From Polyangia bacterium (GTDB lineage: Bacteria; Myxococcota_A; Polyangia; Fen-1088): DNA of 64,000 nt. The stretch spans positions 6,834 through 70,833 of the forward strand of contig DATAVR010000012.1 in NCBI GenBank assembly GCA_036267635.1. The letters run 5' to 3'. Every line of letters starts with the position of its first letter. The first letter of the stretch is position 1. Positions 48,100 to 57,863 of this stretch are shown one piece after another. The position numbers were made by a program, and so were the translations under genes. The notes below the pieces were generated by a model. The model saw nothing but the letters and a program-made list of their open reading frames with translations. It had not been told where the DNA came from and did no database searches.

Positions 48100-48237
48100 G
48101 GTTCTCCCGGGGGGGTAGGAGGTAGGCGGACAGTCGTCACCGGTACTTGTCGTCCGAGCCCCCGGAAACCAATCACGGACGAGCTGACTTTTTTTGTGCC
48201 GCGCCCCGGCGACCGCCCCGAAGCGGCGCCCCCGAAT

Positions 48238-49245
48238 CTAACGAATGGCGAACGTCTCGTAGACCTCGGCGTTCCCGGAGCGCGTCGACGACAGCATCAT
48301 GTAGCTGAGATCCGGGGAGAGACTGGAGTCGGAGTCGTAGGCGGTCGAGTCGACGTCGCCGAGCAGCACCGGCGTCTCGAACGCCTCGGAGATCGACTGC
48401 CGCGCCGACCAGTAGATGTCGCCCGCGCCCGACTTCATCGAGGTGAAGAAGATGACCAACCCGCCCTGAGCGATGAAGGGGTCGTATTCGTCGCTCGGGC
48501 TGTTGACGCCGGGGACCGGCTGCGGCGCCCCCCAGGCGCTGTCGACGTTCGGGCGCGAGGTCCAGTAGAGGTCATAGTTGGCGCCGCCAGCGCTGCCGGC
48601 CAGGTCGACGCGATCCGAGCTGAAGAACAGCATCGTCTCGGTGGCGTCGACAGCCGGGGCGAAGTCGGCGGCGCCGCTGGCCAGCTCCGGCACGGCCGCG
48701 GGCGCGCTCCAGGCCGCGGTGCGCGCGGCGCGGGTGGCCTGCCAGATTTGGGCGTACCCCTTGGCGCGGTCGGTGGCGAACCAGATCGTGAGGCCGTCGA
48801 GCGAGATGCCGGGGCACCACTCGTCGTTGCCCGAGTTGAGCTCGGCGACGGCGGTGGGCGTCCCCCACGGATCGTCCGACGAGGCCCGGCGCGAGGTCCA
48901 GATGTCCTTCGTTCCGGCGCGCGTCGACATGAAGTAAAGCTCGAGCAAGTCGCCGGTAAAGGTCGGATCTTCATCGATTGAGCTGGCGTCGGAGAGCGCC
49001 GCGACGAGGGTCGGCGTCTGGAAGTGCGGCGGTGTGGCCAGCGGGACGCCGCCCATGTCGGCGGCCGCGGCGCCGCCACCATCGAGGAGCGTCCCCAGGA
49101 GGTCGTCGCGCCGGCTACAGGCCGGGCAGAGCGCCGACAGCGCCAACGACGCGAGCAGCAGGTGGCGCGCCCAACGGCGTGCCAGACGCCGCGCAACGAC
49201 TGCACATTTGACCCGCGGCTTGACCTCCGCAACCAACTTCGACAT
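48238..49245 (-). CDS. TolB-like beta-propeller (PD40/WD40-like repeat) periplasmic protein
   Basis: From the ATG at 49245: a basic N-terminus, then LLLASLALSALCPAC. Reiterated blades carry D/E-x-x-P-x-(I/L)S-x-D-G/-L-x-F/Y motifs: DEDPTFTGDLLELYFMSTR, NDEWCPGISLDGLTIWFATDR, ADFAPAVDATETMLFFSSDR, DEYDPFIAQGGLVIFFTS, YDSDSSLSPDLSYMMLSSTR. The start choice is uncertain. Confidence 0.78.
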   Translation of the reverse strand: MSKLVAEVKPRVKCAVVARRLARRWARHLLLASLALSALCPACSRRDDLLGTLLDGGGAAAADMGGVPLATPPHFQTPTLVAALSDASSIDEDPTFTGDLLELYFMSTRAGTKDIWTSRRASSDDPWGTPTAVAELNSGNDEWCPGISLDGLTIWFATDRAKGYAQIWQATRAARTAAWSAPAAVPELASGAADFAPAVDATETMLFFSSDRVDLAGSAGGANYDLYWTSRPNVDSAWGAPQPVPGVNSPSDEYDPFIAQGGLVIFFTSMKSGAGDIYWSARQSISEAFETPVLLGDVDSTAYDSDSSLSPDLSYMMLSSTRSGNAEVYETFAIR

Positions 49246-49279
49246 CGTTGAAAGCGCAGTGTCGCGGTTCTCCAAGCAA

Positions 49280-49933
49280 ATGAACAGTGAGGAGGCGCAA
49301 GCGGCCGGCAGCGCCACGGCGTCCGGCGCCCTGGCGTCGTTGCACCCGCCGGACGATCTGCTGGGCGTGGCGCGCGCGGCAGGGCGCGGGGACTCCGACG
49401 CGGCGGCGACGCTGGTGTCGGAGCTGGGCGGCGGGATGCTGCGGGTGGTGCGCAAGGTGATGGGCCACCAGCACCCCGACGTCGACGACGTCACGCAGGA
49501 CGCGGTGCTGGCGCTGCTGGGATCGCTGGAGACTTTTCGGGGCGCCTGCAGCGTCGAGTACTTCGCGCGGCGGATCGCGCTGCTGACCGCGCTCGGCGCG
49601 CGCCGGCGCGCCAAGGTCCGTCAGCGCGAGGCCGAGGCCGAGGGGGGCGCGATCGACGAATTCCCCGGCGACGAGCTCTCGCCGCTGGCGACGACGGTCG
49701 CCAGCCGACGTCGCGTTCTCGTGCGGCGGCTCCTCGACGATCTCCCCGAGGTGATCGCCGAGGCGCTCGCGCTGCACTTCATCCTCGACCACACCGTCGA
49801 GGAGATCGCGGAGGCCGCCGCGGTTCCCGCCAACACCGTCTGGAGCCGGCTGCGGCTCGGCAAGCTGGCGTTGCGCCGCAAGCTCGAACAGGACGCGCCG
49901 CTTGCCGAGATGCTTCGGGGGACGAGCCGATGA
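49280..49933 (+). CDS. ECF-type RNA polymerase sigma-70 family factor
   Basis: Region 2-like DVDDVTQDAVLALLGSLETFRG. Region 4 HTH: HTVEEIAEAAAVPANTVWSRLRLGKLALRRKL. The ATG at 49280 is chosen and the start is uncertain. It is divergent from the TolB-like gene. Confidence 0.85.
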   Translation: MNSEEAQAAGSATASGALASLHPPDDLLGVARAAGRGDSDAAATLVSELGGGMLRVVRKVMGHQHPDVDDVTQDAVLALLGSLETFRGACSVEYFARRIALLTALGARRRAKVRQREAEAEGGAIDEFPGDELSPLATTVASRRRVLVRRLLDDLPEVIAEALALHFILDHTVEEIAEAAAVPANTVWSRLRLGKLALRRKLEQDAPLAEMLRGTSR

Positions 49934-50832
49934 CGGGCGACGACTGCCGGAGCGAGCTGCTGGTGACCGCGCGGCGCGGACGGCTTTCGGACGCCGGGCG
50001 CCTCGCGCTCGACGCGCACCTCGGCGCCTGTGCCTCCTGCCGGCTGTCGTACGACGTCAGCGCCGATTTCGACGCGGCCGACGTGGTCGATCTGCACGAC
50101 GGGGCGCGCATCCGGGCGCTGGCCGATCGGGCCCGCCGTCGCGGCGGCCGGAGCGGGCGGGCGCCTGTCTCGCTACGCGCGGTCGGTGCCGCCGCGGCGC
50201 TGGTCATCTTCTGCGGCTCGGCCAGCGCCGCCGTCTGGTGGTGGCACCGGCCTGCGCCGTCACCAACCGCCGCCGCGCGTCCCTCGAGCGCTCCGCAGCC
50301 GGAGAGCACGGTGAAGCGCCTTCGCGGCACGGCGGTAGCCGTCGTGACGTCCGTGGCACCGCAGACCGCGGCGTCTCGTTCGCCGGAGGCGCCTGCCCGC
50401 CCACGCACAGCCCGGGCGGCTTCGCGCGCGGCCGTCGAGACGGTCCCCGCCGGTCCAGCGGCTGCGGCTTCGATCCTGCGGCAGGCGACGGAGGCGCGGC
50501 AGCGCGGGGAGCGGGCGCGGGCGGCCGAGCTCTACCACCGGCTGCAGCGGGAATTTCCGGCCTCGGCCGAGGCGGCGCTGTCGGCCATCCCGCTCGGCGG
50601 GTTGCTGCTCGACGACGGGCTCCCGCGGGCGGCGCTGACCGAATTCGACGGCTATTTGACCAGGGCGCGCGGCGGGGCGCTGATCCCGGAGGCGCTGTAC
50701 GGGCGGGCGCGGGCGCTGGCGCGCCTCGGCGACCGCGCCGAAGAGCGCCGGACCTGGATGCGTCTCTGCGCCGATTTTCCCGACAGCGCCTACGCGCCGC
50801 TCGGACGTCACCGGCTCGCCGAGATCGAGTGA
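49930..50832 (+). CDS. Anti-sigma factor (zf-HC2-like N-terminus, TM helix, periplasmic TPR-like domain)
   Basis: ATGA overlap with the sigma gene. Motif HLGACASCRLSYD. TM helix AAAALVIFCGSASAAVWWW. The C-terminal EALYGRARALARLGDRAEERRTWMRLCADFPDSAYA is TPR/YbgF-like. Confidence 0.8.
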   Translation: MTGDDCRSELLVTARRGRLSDAGRLALDAHLGACASCRLSYDVSADFDAADVVDLHDGARIRALADRARRRGGRSGRAPVSLRAVGAAAALVIFCGSASAAVWWWHRPAPSPTAAARPSSAPQPESTVKRLRGTAVAVVTSVAPQTAASRSPEAPARPRTARAASRAAVETVPAGPAAAASILRQATEARQRGERARAAELYHRLQREFPASAEAALSAIPLGGLLLDDGLPRAALTEFDGYLTRARGGALIPEALYGRARALARLGDRAEERRTWMRLCADFPDSAYAPLGRHRLAEIE

Positions 50833-50858
50833 GCGGGCGGCAGCGGGGGGTTGGACGC

Positions 50859-51974
50859 GTGCGCGCGGCCGCGTGGGCCTTCTCCTTTGTCGTGGCGCTG
50901 GGGTCGCCGATCGTGGCCGTCGCACAACCGGCGCCGCCGTCTGCCGCCGCGGCGCCGTCGATCGAGATCTTCGTGGTGGCCGGGCCCGAGGTCTACGATC
51001 GGCTGCGGGCGTTGCTCGATCGCCGGCTCTCGGCGCTGGGGGCGACGAGCTGGTCGCGCGCGGAAGAGGTCGCGCCCGGCGACGTCCTCGCTACGTCGCC
51101 GAGTCACGCGCTGCGCTGCTGGATCGATCTCAGCGACAGGCGGCGCGCCCGTCTCACCTTCGCCGCCCGCTCGGGCGAGCGGTTCCTGGTGCGCGACTTC
51201 GAGCTGTCGGGCGATCTCGACGAGATCGATCGCGCGGCGCTGGCCGAGGTGATCGAGCTGTCGATCGGCGCGTTGCTCGAGGATGAGCGCGCCGGCCTCT
51301 CGCGCGGCGAGACGCAAGCCTTGCTGGCGCGCCGTGCGGCGCGCGCGCCGGCCGCGCCCGTCGCGGCCGGTCCGGCGCCGCCGCTGCCGACGGGCGGACA
51401 GTCGCCGCTGCTCGACGCCCCGGCGCCCGTCCTCCGCGAGCCACGCCTCGATTTCGGCGTCTTCTACGCCGCGCAGGCGGTCGCCGCCGGGCTGCCGATC
51501 GACAACGGGCCCGGTCTTTCGCTGGCGATCTCCCAGCAGGGCTCGAGCCTATTCGGTCGAGCGATCGTCTCGGCCGGCTGGCTGACCGTCCAGTACCTCT
51601 TGCCCGAGACGGTCAGCGGCACGGCGGCGCGCGTCGGGCTCGAGGGGGTCGCCGCGCGCTTGGGAGTCGAGATCGGTTCGCGCCGCTGGCGTCTCCGCGT
51701 CGGTGCCGGTTGGGACTTCGTCCACGTGTCGCCTGAAGCGGAGAGCGCCGCGCTGGCGCTGGTCGCTTCGCACTGGAGCACGACTCTGTCTTTGCAGGGC
51801 GCGGCTCGCGCCGCCGTCGCCCGGTTGGGAGGCGCGCGACTCTGGGTCAACGTCCTCGCCGACCTGCTGCCGACGGCGGTCGACTACGGCGTCGCGGCCG
51901 GCGGCAGCTTCCAGACGGTGTTCTCTCCCTGGCGCGTTCGCCCCGGGATCGCCCTGGAAGTGACGTTTCGCTAG
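50859..51974 (+). CDS. Secreted protein, possible outer-membrane beta-barrel, third gene of the ECF module
   Basis: The GTG at 50859 gives VRAAAWAFSFVVALGSPIVAVAQP (signal peptide). The C-terminal half has alternating-hydrophobic strands and ends ...RVRPGIALEVTFR, an aromatic terminal motif typical of OMPs. The function is inferred only. Confidence 0.55.
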   Translation: MRAAAWAFSFVVALGSPIVAVAQPAPPSAAAAPSIEIFVVAGPEVYDRLRALLDRRLSALGATSWSRAEEVAPGDVLATSPSHALRCWIDLSDRRRARLTFAARSGERFLVRDFELSGDLDEIDRAALAEVIELSIGALLEDERAGLSRGETQALLARRAARAPAAPVAAGPAPPLPTGGQSPLLDAPAPVLREPRLDFGVFYAAQAVAAGLPIDNGPGLSLAISQQGSSLFGRAIVSAGWLTVQYLLPETVSGTAARVGLEGVAARLGVEIGSRRWRLRVGAGWDFVHVSPEAESAALALVASHWSTTLSLQGAARAAVARLGGARLWVNVLADLLPTAVDYGVAAGGSFQTVFSPWRVRPGIALEVTFR

Positions 51975-52141
51975 CCCGAGCTGGAATCGCCAGCCGCGTC
52001 ATGAGGGAGGCACCCCGAACCGGGCTCGCCCGTAACTAATGGAATTCCCAAATAAATATTTTCCTTACCTGTGGTGATTCGTATTGATTGAACCTACCGC
52101 GCGCGTACTCTTTGGGCTGGCAGTCCGTCCGGGAGGTCGAT

Positions 52142-52993
52142 ATGCGCGGGACGTCGTTCATTGCGGTGGGGGTGGTGGTGGTCGTCTCGGCGGCTGCATC
52201 GCGCGCGTTCGCTCGCAAACCGATGTCGGAGGAGGCGCAACGCCGGGTGCTCCTCGAGCAGCTCGCGGCGGCGTCGGCGGAGATCGCGCCGCAGGAAAGG
52301 ACTGACGGCGATCTGATGTACGCGGCGATGCGCCAGTGGCGCGGTGAACCGCGCGGGAGCGCGGCGGTCGACAAGGCGCTCGCGCAGTCGAAGTCGGACA
52401 TCCGCCACGACCGCAAGCAGCTGGAGGAGCGGGTCCGCTCGATGTTCTGGCGCGACCCGTTCTCGAGCGAGGTGGTCCCGGTCCGGAAGCAGGACCGCGA
52501 TCTGTTGCAGGACCACGCGGCACGGATCGCGCGGGGCCATGGCGATGCGGGCGACGACGAGCTTTCCCGCGTGCGGGCCGATCTCACCGCGGCCCGGGCC
52601 GAGAACGCGCGTTTGCGGACCGAGCTGGCGCAGGTGCAAGGGGAGGGAAGCACGTCGGGCGGCGACGCCGACGCGCAGGCCGAGTGCGTCGCCCCGAGCC
52701 ACCACCTTCGCGTCGGCCGACCCGACGGCAGCGGGCACTCTCACCGCGGCGGCGGCTATCTGGAGGCCTTGAACTCGTCCTCGCCGGTGCACCACCGTCG
52801 GTCCGGAGCTCCGAAGCGCACGCGGCAGCCGAGCATCCCCAGCGCCCCCGCTGGGCCGCCGGCTGCGCCCGCGGAGGCGGTCACCGGTCCACCCGCCGGC
52901 TGGCACAGCAGCGACCCGCGCGGAATCATCATCGTCCCGATCGAAGCGCCGGTCCCGATCCACGCCGACAAGCCGTCCGCCCGCGCGCACTGA
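52142..52993 (+). CDS. Hypothetical membrane-anchored/coiled-coil protein (3' extent uncertain)
   Basis: RBS GGGAGG precedes the ATG at 52142. MRGTSFIAVGVVVVVSAAASRAFA is a signal peptide or anchor, followed by the coiled-coil-like DELSRVRADLTAARAENARLRTELAQVQ. The last ~100 codons are low-complexity and are overlapped by a protein-like antisense ORF. Confidence 0.45.
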   Translation: MRGTSFIAVGVVVVVSAAASRAFARKPMSEEAQRRVLLEQLAAASAEIAPQERTDGDLMYAAMRQWRGEPRGSAAVDKALAQSKSDIRHDRKQLEERVRSMFWRDPFSSEVVPVRKQDRDLLQDHAARIARGHGDAGDDELSRVRADLTAARAENARLRTELAQVQGEGSTSGGDADAQAECVAPSHHLRVGRPDGSGHSHRGGGYLEALNSSSPVHHRRSGAPKRTRQPSIPSAPAGPPAAPAEAVTGPPAGWHSSDPRGIIIVPIEAPVPIHADKPSARAH

Positions 52994-53029
52994 CGCGCGC
53001 GCGCATTGGCGCCGGGGCCCTCCGGCATT

Positions 53030-53752
53030 TCACCGGCCGGCGCCCGAGACGAGCTGCCGTACGAATTCGGTCGCCGGGTGTGCCGCCAGCTCGGAGAGAC
53101 GGCCGCGCTGTACGACGGCGCCGGCTTCCAGCACGACGACGTCACCGTCGAGGGCTTCGACGTCGGCGCGATCGTGCGTCACGACCACCGTCGGCAGCGC
53201 CCAGGCGCGCAGGCGCTCGCCGAGGAGGCGCCGCGTGTCGCGCCGGATGGAGACGTCGAGCGCGGCGAGCGGCTCGTCGAGCAGCAGCGCACGCGGCCGC
53301 GACGCGAGCGCGCGGGCCAGCGCCACCCGCTGGGTCTCGCCGCCCGAGAGCGCCTCGGGACGCCGCGCCGCCAGCGTCTCGGCGTCGAGCTGGCGCAACG
53401 CTTCGCGCGCCGCCTGCAGGCGCTCCGCCCGAGAGCGCGCCGCGATCCCGTAAGCGACGTTCGAGAGCACGTCGAGGTGGGGGAAGAGGGCATAGCGCTG
53501 GGGAAGGAAACCGATCCGTCGCCCTTCGACGGGGACGTCGATGCCGCGGCCGGCGTCGTAGAGCGCCGCGCCGTCGAGCATGACGTGTCCGCGCCGGGGT
53601 CGGCTGGCGCCCAGGATCATCATGAGCGTCCGGGTCTTCCCCGCGCCGTTTGGGCCGACGATCACCAGCGGCACCTCGGTCGCCCGGAAGGCGACGTCGA
53701 TCGCCAGCGCACCGGCAGTGCCGTGCAGGTCGACATCGAGCACGGTGGTCAT
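53030..53752 (-). CDS. modC: ABC transporter ATP-binding protein (molybdate-type, short form without a TOBE domain)
   Basis: Walker A GPNGAGKT, signature [15 protein letters not shown], Walker [12 protein letters not shown]. It is only 240 aa. There is a 4-nt overlap with the permease gene. Confidence 0.85.
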   Translation of the reverse strand: MTTVLDVDLHGTAGALAIDVAFRATEVPLVIVGPNGAGKTRTLMMILGASRPRRGHVMLDGAALYDAGRGIDVPVEGRRIGFLPQRYALFPHLDVLSNVAYGIAARSRAERLQAAREALRQLDAETLAARRPEALSGGETQRVALARALASRPRALLLDEPLAALDVSIRRDTRRLLGERLRAWALPTVVVTHDRADVEALDGDVVVLEAGAVVQRGRLSELAAHPATEFVRQLVSGAGR

Positions 53753-54576
53753 CGCCGGACTCCCGCGCGGATCGCCACCAAGAGCGCGAAGGCGACCACC
53801 ACCAGCAAGAGCGACAGGCTCTGCGCGGTGCGGAGGTCCGATTCCAGCGCGGCGTAGATCGCCAGCGGCAGCGTCTGGGTCCGCCCGCTCATGTTGCCGG
53901 CGAACATCAGGGTGGCGCCGAATTCGCCGAGCGCGCGCGCCCAGCTCATCGCCGCGCCGCCGGCCAGGCTGGGCCAGGAGATGGGGACGGCCACGGTGGC
54001 GAGGAGGCGCGGGCGGGAGGCGCCGAGCGTGCGCGCCACCAGGAGGAGGTCGGGATCGAGCCGCCGAAAGGCCGCCACCGCCGCCTGCACGTAGAAGGGC
54101 GCCGCCACGAAGATCTGCGCGAAGATCACCGCCGCGCGGCTGAACGGCAGGCCGATTCCGGCGGCCGCCAGGGCCGGGCCGAGCAGCCCCCGGCGACCGA
54201 ACGCCAGCAGCAGCGCCACGCCCGCCACCGCAGGGGGCAAGACCACCGGCAGCTCGACGATGGTCTCGAGGATGCGCCAGGGGCGGGTCGACCGCCGGGC
54301 GATCACCCAGGCGAGGGGCGTTCCGCAGACGAGGATCGCGAGCAGGCTGAGCGTCGTGGTGAGCAGGGTCAGGCGGAGCGCCGGGAAGACCAGCGGATCA
54401 CGGAGCCCGGCCAGCAGCTCGCGGGGCGTCGCCGCGAAGACCAGCGCGGCGAGCGGGAGCGCGACCAGCAGCAGCAGCAGACCCGACAGGAGGCCGATCG
54501 CAGCGGGCCAGAGGACCGTCCCCAGCGAGCGGCCGCCGGCCTCGGTGAACGGCGGGGCGTTCGCAGCGCCGTTCAC
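53749..54576 (-). CDS. modB: Molybdate ABC transporter permease
   Basis: 275 aa with about 5-6 TM helices. CysTW/ModB-type EAA region: [49 protein letters not shown]. Confidence 0.88.
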   Translation of the reverse strand: MNGAANAPPFTEAGGRSLGTVLWPAAIGLLSGLLLLLVALPLAALVFAATPRELLAGLRDPLVFPALRLTLLTTTLSLLAILVCGTPLAWVIARRSTRPWRILETIVELPVVLPPAVAGVALLLAFGRRGLLGPALAAAGIGLPFSRAAVIFAQIFVAAPFYVQAAVAAFRRLDPDLLLVARTLGASRPRLLATVAVPISWPSLAGGAAMSWARALGEFGATLMFAGNMSGRTQTLPLAIYAALESDLRTAQSLSLLLVVVAFALLVAIRAGVRR

Positions 54577-55358
54577 CGAACGGGACAGGGGACGAACCCC
54601 GCCTCGCGCAGCGCCGCGACGCCGGCGGGCGAGCGGACGAGATCGACGAAGGCATGCGCGAGGGAGGGGTGGGGGGCCGCCTTGAGCACGGCGATCGGAT
54701 AGGCGGCCGTCACGTTGAGCTCGGGGGGAATCTCCACCACCGCCAGCTTCCCCTTGGCGGCCCGCACGTCGCTGCGGTAGACGACGCCCGCGTCGGCCTC
54801 GCCGAGGACGATCTTGGCCAGCACCTGACGGACGTTCGCCTCGCGGGAGACGATCCGGGCCTGCACGCGCGCCGCGAAATCGGGGCCGTACTTGGCCGCG
54901 GCCTTCTGGAGCACCTGGGCGGTGTAGGCGCCGATCGGGACCTCGGGGGCGCCGACCACGATCCGCTCCGCGCGCGGGAGATCGGCGAACGTCTTCAGCG
55001 TGGCGGCCAGGCCGCTGCGGACGGCGACGACCGGTTCGTTGCAGGCGAACAGCGCCGGCTCCACGGCCAACCCGGCGCTCCGGAGCGCGTTCATGTGTCG
55101 CTCGTCGGCCGAGGCGAAGAGATCGGCGGGCGCGCCCTGTTCGATCTGCGCGCGCAGCTCTTGACTGCCGGCCGCGTTGGCAATCACGTGCGCGCCCGGG
55201 TGCTCTTTCTCGAACCGCGCGGAGATCGCGGTGAACGCCTCCTTGAGCGACGCGGCTTCGAACACCAGCAGATCGCCGGGCGGCGCCTTGGCCGAGACCG
55301 CGGCCGCGGCGCCGAGGGTGAGACAGAGCGCGATCGCGCGGGTCGTGGTCCGCAGCAT
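54573..55358 (-). CDS. modA: Molybdate ABC transporter substrate-binding protein
   Basis: Signal peptide [16 protein letters not shown]. Motifs: [52 protein letters not shown]. Confidence 0.88.
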   Translation of the reverse strand: MLRTTTRAIALCLTLGAAAAVSAKAPPGDLLVFEAASLKEAFTAISARFEKEHPGAHVIANAAGSQELRAQIEQGAPADLFASADERHMNALRSAGLAVEPALFACNEPVVAVRSGLAATLKTFADLPRAERIVVGAPEVPIGAYTAQVLQKAAAKYGPDFAARVQARIVSREANVRQVLAKIVLGEADAGVVYRSDVRAAKGKLAVVEIPPELNVTAAYPIAVLKAAPHPSLAHAFVDLVRSPAGVAALREAGFVPCPVR

Positions 55359-55367
55359 TCCCCTGTT

Positions 55368-56615
55368 TTACCCCGAGGCGGCGGCGGGAGGGGCGTCGAG
55401 CTCGACGTCGATCGCCGTCCCGGCCCCGGGGGTGGAGGTCAGCTTGAATCGGCCGCCGCGGGCCCGGACTCGCTCGCGCATCCCGACGATCCCCAGGTGG
55501 CCGTGCGCCGCGGCTTCGTCGAGCATCGCGGGATCGAAGCCGCGGCCGTCGTCCCGGATCGACAGCGCGACGCGGCTGCCCGAATGGACGAAGCAGACCT
55601 CGACCCGGCGGGCGGAGGCGTGGCGGAGCGCGTTGGTGATCGACTCCTGCACCACGCGAAAGCAGGCGATCTCGGTGTCGGGCGGCAGCCGGACCGCCGC
55701 GCCATGATTCGGTTCGTCGGCTCGAAGCGCGATCTCCAGCCCAGAGACCGCCGCCTGCCCATCGAGGTAGACGCGCAGCGCGGAGACCAGGCCCACCTCG
55801 TCGAGCAGCGGGGGGCGCAGATCGACGGAGATCCTGCGAACTCGCGAGAGCAGCTCGTCGACCAGGGCGACCGGCTCCATGCGGGGGTCGTGGACCGCCT
55901 GCAGCTCAGACCCCTGCTGGCCGAGCTGCAGGCGCAGCTTGAGCGCGGTCAACGTCTGACCGAGCTCGTCGTGCAGCTCGCGCGAAAGGAACCGGCGCTC
56001 CTCTTCCTTGGTCGCCTCGAGCTGTCGGTGCAGCTGGCCAAGGCGCTCGTAGGCGATCCGGACCGCGCGCGCGTTGGCCTCGACGTGGCGAATGACGAAG
56101 TCGATCACCGTCATCAACAACAGGGAGAGCAATGAGGAGGTGGCCCCCATCCGGATCCAGTTGCGCAGGCGATAGGGATCGGTGTCGGCCACGGTCAGCG
56201 TCAAGAGATGGCGCGAGGCCAGAAAGCCGATGCCGAAGTAAGCGGTCGCGGTGATGGCGATGATCGCCAAGCCGATCCGGCGGCTGGCGCAGATGAGCCC
56301 GAGGACGGAGAACGTCGCCAGCGAGACGCTGAGCCCGGCGGTGAGACCGATCCGCCCCAGGAGGAGGATGCAGGTGCTGCAAGCGATGGCCAGCATCAGC
56401 AGAGAACGCGCCACGAGCGATCCGCGCAGGAAGCGACAGAGCGGGAGCAAGACGGCGACCGCGATCAGCACCAGGTCGTCGAACCAGGCGCGCGTCCCCG
56501 ATCGGAACACGAACGTCACCACGACCACCGGCGGAGCGATCAGCGCGGCCGTGGTCAGCATCCCCAGCCGAACGTTCTCCCTCCAGGCGTCGGGCGTCGG
56601 GCTGGTGGCGGCCAT
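55368..56615 (-). CDS. Membrane-embedded sensor histidine kinase (HisKA_3 / NarX-DesK type)
   Basis: The N-terminal ~190 aa form 5-6 TM helices. H-box [17 protein letters not shown]. ATPase motifs: [35 protein letters not shown]. The gene ends 9 nt upstream of the modA start. Confidence 0.9.
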   Translation of the reverse strand: MAATSPTPDAWRENVRLGMLTTAALIAPPVVVVTFVFRSGTRAWFDDLVLIAVAVLLPLCRFLRGSLVARSLLMLAIACSTCILLLGRIGLTAGLSVSLATFSVLGLICASRRIGLAIIAITATAYFGIGFLASRHLLTLTVADTDPYRLRNWIRMGATSSLLSLLLMTVIDFVIRHVEANARAVRIAYERLGQLHRQLEATKEEERRFLSRELHDELGQTLTALKLRLQLGQQGSELQAVHDPRMEPVALVDELLSRVRRISVDLRPPLLDEVGLVSALRVYLDGQAAVSGLEIALRADEPNHGAAVRLPPDTEIACFRVVQESITNALRHASARRVEVCFVHSGSRVALSIRDDGRGFDPAMLDEAAAHGHLGIVGMRERVRARGGRFKLTSTPGAGTAIDVELDAPPAAASG

Positions 56616-56697
56616 CTCTACCCTGTCGACTCTACCTCTGAACCCCAGGCGACGAAGAACCCCCGGCGTTTGGGTGTATGCTGAAAGAGGCTTCGGG

Positions 56698-57360
56698 ATG
56701 CGGGTGCTACTGGCGGACGATCACGCGTTGGTGCGGGCAGGGATTCGCGCGCTCTTGGTGGCGCTCCCCGAGGTGGAGAGCGTCACCGAGGCGGGGGACG
56801 GCCAGCAGGCCTTGGCGCTGCTGCTGGAGACCCGGCCGGACGTGGCGCTGATCGACATCGGCATGCCGGGGTTGAACGGCCTCGAGCTGGCGACGCGCGT
56901 CTCCCGGGAGGCGCCGGGCACGCGGCTGGTGATCGTGTCGATGCACGGCACGCCGGGGCACGTGGCGCAGGCGCTGCGGGCCGGGGTGAGCGGTTACGTG
57001 CTCAAGGACGCGGCCGCGGACGAGCTGCCCGTGCTGCTGCGCGCGGTGATGCGGGGCGAGACCTATCTGTCGCCGGCGATCTCCAAGCAGGTCGTCGACG
57101 GCTACCTCGGCCGGACGCCGGCCGCCGGCCCCGGCGACGGCGAACGGGCGACGCTCGAGGTCCTCACCTCGCGCCAGCGTGAGATCCTGCAGCTGGTGGC
57201 GGAGGGGAAGTCGACCAAGGAGATAGCCCAGCTGCTCGACCTCAGCGTCAAGACGGTCGAGACCCATCGCGCGCAGATCATGGACCGGCTGGGGATCCGC
57301 GACCTGGCCGGGCTCGTCCGCTACGCGATCCGGACCGGGCTCGTCTCCTCCGAACGGTAG
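56698..57360 (+). CDS. NarL/FixJ-family response regulator (REC + LuxR HTH)
   Basis: The ATG at 56698 gives MRVLLADDHALVRAGIRALL. Motifs: DVALIDIGMPGLNG, LTSRQREILQLVAEGKSTKEIAQLLDLSVKTVETHR. It is divergent from the kinase gene. Confidence 0.95.
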   Translation: MRVLLADDHALVRAGIRALLVALPEVESVTEAGDGQQALALLLETRPDVALIDIGMPGLNGLELATRVSREAPGTRLVIVSMHGTPGHVAQALRAGVSGYVLKDAAADELPVLLRAVMRGETYLSPAISKQVVDGYLGRTPAAGPGDGERATLEVLTSRQREILQLVAEGKSTKEIAQLLDLSVKTVETHRAQIMDRLGIRDLAGLVRYAIRTGLVSSER

Positions 57361-57449
57361 CGTCGCCGGCCGCCCTCGGGGTTGATACCCCCGCTTCTAG
57401 GGGACCTCACCGATGTCCCTGGCCGGCGCCGCGGGAGACTCTGATCGCC

Positions 57450-57863
57450 GTGACCGTCAACGCCAGGCCGGACTTGAGGCGCGTCGTGCTCGTCGACGAC
57501 TCGGACGGATTTCGTTCGCTCCTGCAGTGGTTCTTGGGCTCGCTGCCGGAGGTCGAGATCGTGGGCGAGGCGCGGGACGGCGAGGGGGCCATCGCCGAGG
57601 TGGGGCGCACCAAGCCCGATCTCGTGTTGATGGACGTCTGCATGCCGAAGCTCGACGGACTGCAGACGACGCGGCGGCTCCGGACCGTCGGCGAGTCGGC
57701 GCGCATCGTGCTCCTCACCGCCTACGGGGACACGATCCCGCGCTGGTTGGCCGAGGAGGTCGGCGCCGACGACGTCCTCGACAAATCGAACCTCGGCGAG
57801 CGGCTCCGCGATGCGGTGGTGAGCGGGGGGCGGCGTCCGCCCCAAGACCAAGGAGCGAGATGA
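57450..57863 (+). CDS. Stand-alone response-regulator receiver (CheY-like)
   Basis: GTG start. Motifs: VVLVDDSDGFR, PDLVLMDVCMPKLDG, IVLLTAYGD. The stop overlaps the next start (ATGA). Confidence 0.85.
   Translation: MTVNARPDLRRVVLVDDSDGFRSLLQWFLGSLPEVEIVGEARDGEGAIAEVGRTKPDLVLMDVCMPKLDGLQTTRRLRTVGESARIVLLTAYGDTIPRWLAEEVGADDVLDKSNLGERLRDAVVSGGRRPPQDQGAR

Noticed and set aside
45904-48981. 1025-aa plus-strand ORF
   Set aside because: It is a composite. Only its first ~130 codons carry sense (frame B of the decayed hydrolase). The rest is antisense to the GH53 and TolB-like genes.
52756-53145. 129-aa minus-strand ORF with a hexapeptide-repeat-like stretch (WIGTGASIGTMMIPRGSLLCQPAGGPV), possibly a remnant acetyltransferase C-terminus
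   Set aside because: It shares third-codon positions with the plus-strand ORF 52142..52993, so GC3 cannot discriminate between them. Its 5' part overlaps modC, and it lacks a credible start and N-terminal domain. I kept it as an alternative explanation for 52756-52990 and did not call it as a feature.
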